A DNA stretch of 64,000 nt from positions 563,771-627,770 of the forward strand of contig NW_003314314.1 in NCBI RefSeq assembly GCF_000143415.4, in the 5' to 3' direction. This DNA is from Selaginella moellendorffii. Its lineage: Eukaryota > Plantae > Lycopodiophyta. Below are positions 35,079 through 46,324 of this stretch, piece by piece. The first letter of the stretch is position 1. Every line of letters starts with the position of its first letter. Under the pieces are notes generated by a model. The model did not search any database. It saw nothing but the letters and a program-made list of their open reading frames with translations, and had not been told where the DNA came from. Both the position numbers and the translations under genes were made by a program.

Positions 35079-37841
35079 ATGGCAGTGGCATTGGTGTGTT
35101 CTTGGCCGGGGCCGAGGAGCACGAAGGATCACGACGACTACATTCCAATCGAGACGCTCGCGGGTCTCTTGCGGCGATGCATCGGCGACGCGGATCTCGC
35201 GCAGGGCAGGCAATTGCACCGGCAGATCGTCAAGCAGGGCCTGGCGCGCAACGATTTGCTCGGGAACTACCTCGTCCAGATGTACTCCAAGTGCCGCAGC
35301 CTCGACGACGCCAATGCCGCCTTCTCGGCGCTCAGATCGCGAGGGATCGCGACGTGGAACACGCTCATCGCCGCGCAATCCTCCCCCGCCGCGGTGTTCG
35401 ATCTCTACACCCGGATGAAGCTCGAGGAGAGGGCGGAGAATCGGCCCAACAAGCTGACGATCATCGCGGTCCTGGGCGCCATCGCTAGCGGCGATCCTTC
35501 TTCCTCGTCTTCCTCGCGCGCTCCATCGATCGCACAAGCGAGGATCGTCCACGACGACATCCGCGGCAGCGATCTGGAGCGCGATCTCTTCGTCGCCACC
35601 GCGCTGCTGGATGCCTATGGCAAATGCGGCTGCGTGGAGAGCGCGCTGGAGGTGTTCTCGCGGATCCAGGTACCGGATCTCATCTGCTGGAACGCGGCGA
35701 TCATGGCGTGCGCCGGGAACGACGAGCGCCCGGATCGCGCGCTCCTGCTCGTCCGCCGGATGTGGCTCGAGGGGCTGCTGCCCAACCGCGCCAGCTTCGT
35801 GGCGATCCTCAGCTCCTGCGGGGATCACTCGTCCCTGCCGCTGGCACGGTCGATCCACGCCAGAGTCGAGGAATTAGGGTTCTTGGGCGACGTGGTTGTG
35901 GCCACCGCGCTCGTCACGATGTATGGGCGGTGTGGCAGCGTCGATGAATCGATTGCGGTGTTTGAGGCGATGGCTGTGAGGAATCACGTCTCGTGGAATG
36001 CGATGATCGCAGCATTTGCCCAGTGTGGGCATCGCAGCGCGGCATTTGCGATCTACTGGCGGATGCAGCAAGAGGGATTCCGGCCAAATAAGATCACCTT
36101 CGTCACAGCGCTCAAGGCCGCGTGTTCTTCCTCTTCGCAGGATCTTGGAGAGAGCGCGGCGCTCCATGGATGGATCGCCTGCGCTGGACTGGAGGGCGAT
36201 GTGATGGTGGGCACTGCGCTGGTGACCATGTATGGCTCCACCGGCGCGATCGATCGCGCGAGGGCGGCGTTTGATGCCATCCCCGCCAAGAACATTGTGT
36301 CTTGGAACGCGATGCTCACGGCCTATGGCGACAATGGCCGGGCGAGAGAGGCGATGGAGCTCTTCGCGGCCATGAAGAGGCAATCGCTCGCTCCAAACAA
36401 GGTGAGCTATCTCGCGGTGCTTGGATGCTGCGAGGATGTGAGCGAGGCGCGATCCATCCACGCCGAGGTTGTGGGGAATGGGCTCTTCGCGCAGGAGTCC
36501 TCCATAGCAAACGGGGTGGTGAGGATGTTTGCTCGCTCCGGCAGCCTCGAGGAGGCCGTGGCCGCGTTCGATGCGACCGTGGTGAAAGATAGCGTCTCTT
36601 GGAACACAAAGGTGGCGGCGCTGAGCGCTCGCGAGGATCTCCACGGCGCGATCACGGCCTTCTACACGATGCAGCACGAAGGATTCAGGCCGGACAAGTT
36701 CACGCTGGTGAGTGTGGTGGATGTCTGCGCAGATCTGGGCACGCTGGAGCTTGGGCGATCGATCCAGCAGCAGCTCTCGGCGGCGATCGAGGTCGAGCGC
36801 GACGTGGTGGTGGCGAGCGCGGTGATGAACATGGTGGCGAAGTGTGGGTCATCCGTGGACGAGTGCGAGCGATTGTTCGCGCGAATGCCCGACGATAGAA
36901 AGGATCTGGTGGCATGGAACACGATGATCGCGGCGTACGCGCAGCACGGCCATGGCCGGAAGGCGCTCAAGCTCTTCCGGATCATGCAGCAGCGATCGTC
37001 GGTGAGACCCGACTCGTCAACTTTCGTGAGCGTTCTATCCGGGTGTAGCCACGCCGGGCTGGTCGAGGATGGAATCCACTGCTTCTTCCTGGCCAGGGAA
37101 GTGCTCGGGATCGAGCAGCAACCCGTGGAGCACTACGCCTGCCTGGTAGATGTTCTTGGCCGGATGGGCTACCTCCGCGAGGCCGAGGATTTCATCCGCA
37201 AGATGCCGCTTCCAGCAGATTCCGTGGTGTGGACGTCGCTGCTGGGTGCTTGCAGCAGCTATGGCGATCTCGAGGGCGGCGAGCGAGCGGCGCGGGCGTT
37301 TATCGAGCTGTACCGGAGCGATTCAGTCGGGTACGTGGTGCTGTCCAACATCTACGCCGCTGCTGGGCGATGGGAGGATTCGATCAGAGTGAGGGAGGAC
37401 ATGGCGGAGAGGCGAGTGAAAAAGAGGGTCCCAGGGAAGAGCTCCATCGTCGTCAAGAACAGGGTGCACGAGTTCTTCGCCAGGGATCGCAGCCACCCCC
37501 AGAGTGATGCGATCTACGCGGAGCTGGAGAGGTTGAAGGGATTGATCCGGGAGGCTGGGTACGTCCCGGACACGAGGTTGGTTCTTCACGACGTGGAAGA
37601 GGAGCAGAAGGAGCAGCTGCTGTGGTATCACAGCGAGAAGCTGGCGATCGCGTTTGGATTGATCAGTGTTCCTCACCGGCATAGCATCCGCGTGATCAAG
37701 AACTTGCGGGTTTGCAAGGATTGCCACACCGCGACTAAGTTTATCGCACGGGTGACGCAAAGAGAGATCGCGGTGAGGGATTGCAATCGGTTCCACCACT
37801 TTGGCAAGGATGGCGAGTGTTCGTGTGGAGATTACTGGTAA
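35079..37841 (+). CDS. PLS-class PPR protein with E/E+/DYW deaminase domain (organellar C-to-U editing factor), about 920 aa, intronless
   Basis: Repeated ..ALVTMYGRCG../VSWNAMIAA../PN..TF motifs, EHYACLVDVLGRMG, PGKSSI, HSEKLAIAFG, RVCKDCH, C-terminal CSCGDYW. First ATG at 35079. Confidence 0.96.
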   Translation: MAVALVCSWPGPRSTKDHDDYIPIETLAGLLRRCIGDADLAQGRQLHRQIVKQGLARNDLLGNYLVQMYSKCRSLDDANAAFSALRSRGIATWNTLIAAQSSPAAVFDLYTRMKLEERAENRPNKLTIIAVLGAIASGDPSSSSSSRAPSIAQARIVHDDIRGSDLERDLFVATALLDAYGKCGCVESALEVFSRIQVPDLICWNAAIMACAGNDERPDRALLLVRRMWLEGLLPNRASFVAILSSCGDHSSLPLARSIHARVEELGFLGDVVVATALVTMYGRCGSVDESIAVFEAMAVRNHVSWNAMIAAFAQCGHRSAAFAIYWRMQQEGFRPNKITFVTALKAACSSSSQDLGESAALHGWIACAGLEGDVMVGTALVTMYGSTGAIDRARAAFDAIPAKNIVSWNAMLTAYGDNGRAREAMELFAAMKRQSLAPNKVSYLAVLGCCEDVSEARSIHAEVVGNGLFAQESSIANGVVRMFARSGSLEEAVAAFDATVVKDSVSWNTKVAALSAREDLHGAITAFYTMQHEGFRPDKFTLVSVVDVCADLGTLELGRSIQQQLSAAIEVERDVVVASAVMNMVAKCGSSVDECERLFARMPDDRKDLVAWNTMIAAYAQHGHGRKALKLFRIMQQRSSVRPDSSTFVSVLSGCSHAGLVEDGIHCFFLAREVLGIEQQPVEHYACLVDVLGRMGYLREAEDFIRKMPLPADSVVWTSLLGACSSYGDLEGGERAARAFIELYRSDSVGYVVLSNIYAAAGRWEDSIRVREDMAERRVKKRVPGKSSIVVKNRVHEFFARDRSHPQSDAIYAELERLKGLIREAGYVPDTRLVLHDVEEEQKEQLLWYHSEKLAIAFGLISVPHRHSIRVIKNLRVCKDCHTATKFIARVTQREIAVRDCNRFHHFGKDGECSCGDYW

Positions 37842-38278
37842 TATCATATTATTTGAAAACCAAAAAATTATTATTTTTTCCTTTTTGTCTCTTTTTCTTT
37901 TCGTTTTGTTTTTGTTTATTGAGCTCAAATGATCAAGGCTTGCCCGCAAATATTATGGAACTGTCTCATTCCCAGGATTTCAGGTCACCATTCTCAAGTG
38001 ATTAGGATGAGGAATGTTCTTACAGATAGTCACCAACATCTGAGGAGCATGTCTAGAGCTGGATTCGGGGACGAATATTGCATGGATCCCGACGCCACAA
38101 TTCTGTCAAAGACGTGTCAGTGGCCATGACCAGAGCGTTGACAATGGCCTAAGCTGATGGATTTAGGTTTGGCCGAAGCGCGAGGAGGAAAGTCGGATTT
38201 CATACAAGCTTGACAATTCAAGCTTAGATTGGTTGTCCTTCAAGCACACTGATCCAAGCCAAGGATCTTAACTGGGAT

Positions 38279-39439
38279 GTGCTAGAGGAGCGCCAGTCAT
38301 GTGCAAACCAGGTTGAGGCTGTGGATTCGGGTTCCGGACTGCTGCATTCTGATCCAGCCAATAATTACGAGCTTTATCACGAGCTGGAACCGGCTACAGT
38401 GGCACCTCAGGGACTGTCCTACACCATATACCGGAGGGGTGCAAAGCCGATGGGATACGAAGAACAACCACGTGAACGTGATTGCATAAGCTTAGCAGCT
38501 CCAAGAAAGGCCTTGTCCAAGACAATGATCGCATTGCCTTGTCGAAGGAGAGAATTCAATGTATGTGAACCCGCAGAGGAGCAGAACAAGAAGTCAAGAT
38601 CACGAGGAGGAGGATGACAAGACGGCCATGAATCACGAACGCAAGAAGACAAGAAATAGTACTATCCCTAGGAAATCATGACTTCTACAGAATCTGATGA
38701 CAAATGAAATTTTCAAAAGGACTTTTGCCGCGAACGCTAGCGGTGGCCCTGGCACGCTGGTGTCCGTTGATTCTTATCCCGTGGACGGCCATAAGCCCTG
38801 TCTCTCACTTTGTGTGCTTGGTGCCATGGTGTTCGTCGTCGACGCACTCGCGCTCAGGCTCATGGGAAGGTCCAGCGATGTGTTTGAAGATTGGAGCGTG
38901 CCCTCGATAGAAAGAAGGGAGGCATCAGCGATGTGTTTCCATCACAGGCACCCTCGCTCAAGGCTCTCTTCAACTCCAAGCGAGATGCGCCCATCGATCT
39001 TCAGGTATGTTCTCTTCTCTCTCTAGGAATGCTTGCTTTAGAGAAACAAGAACTAACAAGTCCGGATGATCTCTCGCTTGATAATCCGAAACCCCTCTAC
39101 TCGGCTTCTGGAACACAACTCGAAAGTTTGAAGTTTTGTTGTCTGATTTCCACTCGAAACTAATCACTGGTGTTTCCTCACACCTGTTTGGATCACTATT
39201 ATCACTACTGCCGTCAAATGGCTATGAGCTAGTCGCAGAGCTCGATGAACTGGATGAAACTTTTCCAACTGATGGTGGTTCCTCCAACGGTGATTCTTCA
39301 GGCTTGGCTGCTGCCACAGTTAAGGTCTGGTATCAGTTTTTTCTTGCTGCACTGCTTCTTTGTCTATATGGGACTGATGAAAATTTCTTAAACCAAGAGC
39401 GAGAGCTGCTGTATCCTCACTTGGGGTTGTCCCGGCTGC
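38279..39439 (+). pseudogene. Unidentified gene-like sequence abutting the LTR nest; 39040-39300 is paralogous to 63695-63980
   Basis: Short ORFs with GT-AG boundaries. Shared blocks with the window end: CAAGAACTAA, TTCTGGAACAC, TGTCTGATTT, TAATCACTGGTGTT, AGCTCGATGAAC, TTCCTCCAA, GGTGATTC. Confidence 0.35.
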
Positions 39440-41186
39440 TGAAAGGAGTGAATCGTAGTATCGATCATCCCCCCATGAATCAAAAGGAATACAAGAAATA
39501 GGAAAGGAGGAAAGGAGAGAAGGGAAGACATGGAGAAAGGACATGAAAAACCTTCCATACTCTGTTAGCCACGTCCCTTATATCCTACGTTCCGTATGAT
39601 CCATCACTCCCCTCCCTTACGAAGAACCGACTCTATCCTCAGTGTCTGAAGGGAACACTGGCTGCCACTGAAAAAGTGTGCACAAAGATTCGAGCTCAGC
39701 CTGCGTGATCCAAGTGTCCGTTTCAGAACCCGTTCCCTGCCAACGGATGAGAAAGTGAGGGACTGCTCGATGCTCGAAGGATCCGATCTGGAGCCAAGAG
39801 CTGCTTATCTTCGAAAGTTACCGAAGGAAGAGGAACTGTGGCCAAAGGTGGAAGAGGTCTGAAGTGCTGCTTCAATTCGGAAACGTGGAACGCATCATGG
39901 AGTTTTGTTGAAGCGGGAAGCTTTAGACGAAAAGCAACTTCGTTGATCTTCTCGACCACCAAGAATGGACCAAAGAACCTGGGATGAAGCTTGGAGCGAG
40001 CAGCAGCTCTCCTTCCTAAGGTGTATCTCTGAGGACGGAAACGAACATAGACGTAGTCCCCAACCTCAAAAGTCCGTGAAGACCTGTGATGATCAGCGAA
40101 ACGTTTCATACTATCTCGAGCTGCAATCAGTCACTGGTGGACAAGCTGATGGAGATCTGTCAACACAGACAAGTGCTCGGAAACAATTGGTTCCGTACAT
40201 GCTGGTACAGGAAAAGGGAGCTTATCCACCTGCCTGCCATATAGAACTGAGAAAGGAGAGGCTCCCAGGGTGCTGTGAAAAGCCATGTTGTACACAAACT
40301 CGGCAAAAGGGAGCTACATGTACCAGGATAGTGGAAAATTCGTAGTGTAGCCACGGAGATATGCCTCCAAAGTTTGATTGGTTGGATGGTACACCAAACT
40401 AAAGCTCCCAATGTGTTGAAACAGTTGCTGCCAAAAGGAACTGAGAAACTTGGGATCTCGGTCTGAAATAATTTCGTGTGGAAGGCCATGAAAACAAAGG
40501 ACCTCGGAAAAGAACTGCTCAGCGACCTCCTTGGCTGTAGCAGTGGATTTCATTGGTACAAACCGGCCAACCTTGGTGAAATGGTCCATGATCACAAATA
40601 TGGCATCGAAATCTCGGACAGAATGAAGACTGACAATAAAATCCATGTTGATACTGTTGAACGGACCAGCTGCCACAGGCAAAGGATGTAACAGTCCAGG
40701 ATATGGAACCATCTCATGCTTAGTTTGTTGACAAACCAGACATTCACATACCCATTGCTTGACCTCCTTCTGCATTCCTTTCTAGCAGCTAGAGTTGACA
40801 TTCCTCCCGGATGTCTGGCCACCAAGCCAGAGTGGCACTCACAAAAACCTGTTTGCGGAGGTCATGCCTGTTGCATAAAACAATACACCCCGTCAAGGAC
40901 ATACTTGGAATGATACCTAGCATCCAAAAGAGCCAGGTCATCTTCATACTCATCACAAATGGTCTAGATGAAGTCAGGTTGAAGATGGGAAATTCCATAT
41001 ATAGCAAAACCTTTTGGCTTTGCAAACATGTGTAAAAGAGCATTAGAAATTGTATTGGAAGTACCTAGTTTATATTCAATCATGAAGTCAAGCTGGCCAA
41101 GAGAACATTGATGAATGAATGATGTTTGTAAGGGGGGTAGCCATTGTTGCATAAACTTACACAAGTAATTAGCAAAGCCAAAAAAA

Positions 41187-41880
41187 TTTAAATTACAAAA
41201 TTTTCTTTTTCAATTTGCTAGTTTATTATGTCTATTCAACTACCACTGTCTTGGTCTTAGTTAAGGTCCCTCACTAGAGTTTTTGCTTATTGTACTAGCT
41301 TCTACTTGGTTTCAACTACTCATTGCATGAGTAACAAAGTGTTAGTTATCCATCCATGAATTCTCCTTAGATTAAACTAAATTTAAAATTCAACTACACT
41401 CCTCACAAGCACAAGCAACCAAGCACACCAAGCCTCTAAGTTCTTAACATCTTTTAGTATGACAAAATTTGATCATAGGACCTTCTAAATCCCAAGCCTT
41501 AAGTGCATCATTTACTTCGGGACCCTAGGAGGAAACACCATAGCCTAATGGCCTAATATAAATACCTATATTCCCCCACTTCCATCCCAAAGGGAAAGCT
41601 CAAACCCTTAGGAAGGAGCAAGGACCAATAAACCACAAAGTACTTAATTAGGGCACCACTCCATAAGAGGCAAGAGCATTGCAGTTAATTTCCCTTTTAA
41701 AAGTGGAAGTTGCTCTTGAGCACTTTTTTGGGTGGCCCCTTTGGCACCACTTGAGTGCATGCTCACTCCCACCAAGGCCTCTAAGCCTTAGTCTCAACCT
41801 CAAGTTGGTTTGAAAACACCACTAGAAAGTTCCTTCAAAATTAGTTCCTAGATTTCACTATACTTTTGGAACCCCCTACA
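41187..41880 (-). mobile_element. Partial solo LTR of the element-B family inserted in the pol of element A
   Basis: Reverse complement aligns by eye to 43435-44161 (e.g. ACCACAAAGTACT...GCACCACTCCA, CTAAATCCCAAGCCTT, ACTATACTTTTGGAACC). Confidence 0.8.
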
Positions 41881-43157
41881 ATGCCCAAATAAGTGATCTT
41901 TATCATCCTAAAATCACACTTAGAAAGTTTAACTACCATGCCATAGGCTTCAAGCACAACTAGGATACGACTTAATTGTGCAAGATGTTCATCCCACAAA
42001 CTGCTGTAGATTAAAATATTGTCAACAAACACCACCATAAACTTCAATAAGAATGCTCCTAAAACTTTGTTCATGACAACTTGAAATGTAACAGGGGCAT
42101 TAGTAAGTCAAAATGGCATACCACAAAATTGGAAAAGTATAAGTGTGGAATGCTGTTTTGTGTTGATCCTCATAGACTACTCCAATTTGATAATAACCGA
42201 ATGGAGATTAATCTTGCTGAATATGTGCACTTGACCTAGCTCATCCATGAGGTCATCAATGCAAGGAATTGGAAATCTGTTTTTGATGGTCACCTTGTTA
42301 AGAGCACAGTAATCTAGACATAGTCTCCATGAACTATCTTTGTTTAGCACCAGCAACACATGTGATGCAAAAGCACTAGTGCTCTCTGTGATCAGTCCTT
42401 GTTGTAGAAGATCCTCCACCATCTTATGAACAATTTCTAGCTCCTCCCTTATCATCCTAATGATCAGTTGAATGATAGATGTTACCCCTAGTTCTAAGTC
42501 GATACGATGCTATACTCTTGTGCAAACGCTCACCAATTCTAATACTAAGTGTTGGAAAACTGGAAGATGACGCAAGCATTGTTGGTCCTAACCACGTTCA
42601 GCCAGGATCCCAACTGCTGCTGAATGCGATCGGACAGCTCCATTTGGTGATTTTAATGGCAATTGCAGGGGCTAGATTTCTGATACCACTGCAGCAATCG
42701 CTATCACCACTACATCTCTACTACTTTGCTGGTTCTCCTGCTGCTATGGAGCAATCCATCTGTGAATGCCTAGCAAGGCTACATCGAATCCGACCAACTC
42801 CACTTCCTGCCAGGCCTACGCAGCAAATTGAGCTCTCTAGGGCAACACTCTCTAGTCAACTTTTGATTGAGCGTGGAGCAGCTTGCCGAGGCTTCGCAAT
42901 CTGCCCACACTTGTCCCTCATCCCCTTGAACTGTAATTTATGCCCTAAAATGGAAATTATGATTCCAGTGATTCTAGTGATTTGATTCTAGAAATGGTAT
43001 CTGATTGGGCATGGTCCCATATTACCAAGCTCACTCCTTATGCTTCCAGCAAAAAAGTGGAGGTGTAGCTATTGTGGAAAAATGTTGTAAGGAAGGTGTC
43101 GAAGGCTAAAGGATCCCCAAAAGCACAACAAAAATAATAAAGAGTTCATCAAATAAG

Positions 43158-43366
43158 ATCGAGTCCGAGATCAAGTTCGAGACCAACTCTAAGACCGAGT
43201 GCAAGACCGAGTCTGAGATTGAGTCCAAGACTGAGTTCGAGACCGAATCCAAGATTGAGTTCGAGATCGAGTCTGAGACCGAGTTAAGGTCTGAGACCAA
43301 GTCCGAGATCAAGTCCGAGACCGAGTTCGAGACCGAGTTCAAGATCGAGTTTGAGATCGAGTCTGA
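43158..43366 (+). repeat. Degenerate hexamer array (GAGTCC/GAGACC/GAGATC) in the element-B LTR; also at 58158-58395
   Basis: Directly visible; produces spurious low-complexity ORFs. Confidence 0.85.
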
Positions 43367-46324
43367 ATACTAATACAAGTCATGGGGTGAAAGCCCAAAG
43401 CGTGTGTCTCCCATAGGGGGGGGGGGGGGGGGGCTACAGAGGTTCCAAAAGTATAGTAGGGATAGTGAGCTCTAGGAATTAGTCTTGAAGGAACTCTTCA
43501 ATAGTGCTTCCAAACTGACTTGAGGTTGAGACTGGGGGCGAAGGGTTTTAGGTAGGAGTGAGCATGAACTTGGGTGGTGCTGGAGGGGCCACCCAAGGAA
43601 GTGCTTAAGAGCAACTCCCACTTCCGGAAGGGAAATCGATTGTGGTGCTCCCGGTTCATGTGGAGTGGTGCTCCACTTGAGTACTTTGTGGCTTATTAAA
43701 CCTTGTCCTTCCTAGGGCTTGGGCCTTCCCTTCGAGATAGAAGTGGGGGAGTAAAGGTACCCATACTGGGTAGGCCATGGTGTTTTCCCTAGCGTCTCGA
43801 AGCAAGTGTTGCACCCAAGGCTTGGGATTTAGAGGGTCCTATGATCAAGTCTTGTTGTATCAAGAGATGTTAATAACCTAGAGGCTTAATGTGTTTAGTT
43901 GCTTATGCCTGCGGGGAGTGTAGTCGAACTTTAAGTCCGATCTAACCTAAGGAGGGGGATTGAGAGAGATTTGGGAATTTGTGGATGGATGGCCAATGCT
44001 TTGTCACTCATGTAGTGAGTAGCTAAAACTAAGTAGGACCAAGTAGGAGCTGGTATAATATGTGGGAACCTTAGAAAAGAAACTTAACTAAGGTTAAAAT
44101 AGTGTTAGTCAGATAGATGAGGTAAGTTGGCAAATTGGGAAAGAAAAATTTATGGCTTACAATTTGGTATTGGAGCCTTTTCCTTAGTTCTAGCAAAGGA
44201 TAGAGGCAGATTGCTGGGAGATGGCAAAGGCAAAGCGTAAACGAACCAAAATGGAGACGGAACCTCCTTTAGAGCTAGAGCCTCCAATCAAACAAAAGGT
44301 TATGGATGGGAATCCTTGCATGAGGAGGACTCTAATGAGGAAACTTTCAAATAGGAGTTCGGTGGTGAGGTTCGGTCATCCAAAGTTCGATTGGACGTTC
44401 TAAAAGGACAATTCGCTCAGACCAATGCCCTACTGGAGACTCTCGTACACAAGCTAAAGTGTGACGAGAAGCGAAAGACTACAAATGCTAGCAGTGTAAA
44501 AGGTGTGGACCTTTTGGTGGGGACTGAGGTAGAACCGAACAAGGTTGAACAAACCAAAGTGGAATCAATCTCTCAAACAGTTCTCAAGTACAAACCAAAG
44601 TCCTTATTAGTTTTCAAGGGAGTGAATGACTATAAGGTGGTGGAAGATTGGTTTTACGATATTGAGGATTACTTTTGAGTGTTGTGGTTACCAAACTCGG
44701 AGAAAATCCCATGAGCAAAACCATACTTGGTAGATAATGCCAAGTCTTGGTGAGAATAATAAAGGCCAACGAAAGACTAGTGGCCACTTGGGAAATGATA
44801 AAGGCAAGGATCCATATGACTTACATTCCTTTGAATGCTACTTTACACCTAAGGGATGAGCTGAGTAGGCTGAAGTAAACTGGAATCATTCAAGAGTATA
44901 TGAATAGGTTTATGGTACAGAGGATACTTGTCACGGATATAGGTGATATGAATGCATTCCATGCCTTCATATCAGGCTTGTAAACTTAGGCTCGAGGCGA
45001 GATGATACGTTAGAACCCAACCAATTACAAGGAAGCATTAGATGCAGCTATCAAGGTGCATTTCAATGACAACCTACAAAAAAGGAACACAATAGGATCA
45101 GAGTTCACATTTAGCAAAAGGGCCAAACCAAGAGGGACATATAGCAAAGGGAAATTCAAGAAGAATTTTTTTAAGAATGAGTCCTTGGGATTCTGGAAAG
45201 GTAGATTCAATGGTTAGTGAGCAAATACGTGGGAGAGTTAAAGTGAAAAGAGACAAACTCACGAATAAGAAAGTCAAGTTTGCTAGTAGCATGGGAAACA
45301 ATATATGCTTCAACTGTAGCAAAACGAGACATTTTTCGAGGGAATGTCCCTACTCGAAGAAGGCCAAAGCCAATATGGCTATTAAATTGAGTGAAATCCA
45401 AATTGAGGTACGTGATCTAGTCCCTAGCTCAAAATTACTCATTACATTAGCAACTTTGGTAAAGAGTCGTTTGCAACATCTACTAGCCCTCCGAGGAAGT
45501 TTGGAAGTAGCTTTGTTAAAATCTTTATTGACATGAGTGCTTCAGATAATTTTGTGATTGCAGACATAGTCTGGCAAGCTAAACTAACAATGCAGCGGCT
45601 AGGTGAACCAAGGACTATAGAGTTTGTTCAAAGTAGCCAAAGCACTAATGAGGTACTTTGACAAATAAGAGTCGAAATAGGGACATGGAAAGTAGATATG
45701 AATTTCACCGTATTGGACACAGTGGGATTTAACGTAATCTTCAAGATGGATTGGTTCAATTAGTTTGTCGTAGCCCTACATGAACAAGATAGGAACCTTG
45801 TGGTACTAGTGAATGCCCAAAGAGAACAATCCAGGGTGGAGGCCTAAGATCTAAAATTAGGGCAATGTAAGGCCAAAAACTCCTACTCAAGAGGAAAACT
45901 CACTAAAAAAACCAAGACAGCAATGAAGAGTGACAAAAAGACGGGAACAAAAGAAGTGCCTTTAGTGATCCAACAGGTGTTGGACCAATTCTACGATACC
46001 ATGCTGGAGGAGTTACTGGCGGGGTTACCCCTTGAATGACCGATAGAACATAAGATCGAGTTAGTCGAGGGTGCTAAGATGGTGGTTTGTCCCCCCTATC
46101 AGTTGAACAAAAAGGAACTCGATGAGCTCAAATGCCAACTTAAAGAGTTGGTGGAAAAAATGTATATTACGTTGAGCAAGTCACCATATGATGCATTAGT
46201 GTTATTTGTGAAAAAGAAAGATGAATCTATGCGCATGTGCATAGACTACTAGTTGCTCAACAAGTATATATAAAAAAACAAGTACCCTTTAGCAAGGATT
46301 GAGGACCTGTTCGAAAGGCCTTGA

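Noticed and set aside
35057-37949. Many overlapping alternative-frame ORFs across the PPR and other GC-rich genes
   Set aside because: Expected by chance in high-GC coding DNA; no motifs.
42678-42692. PBS-like TGGTATCAGA on the minus strand
   Set aside because: No matching LTR pair or gag was found to support a separate element.
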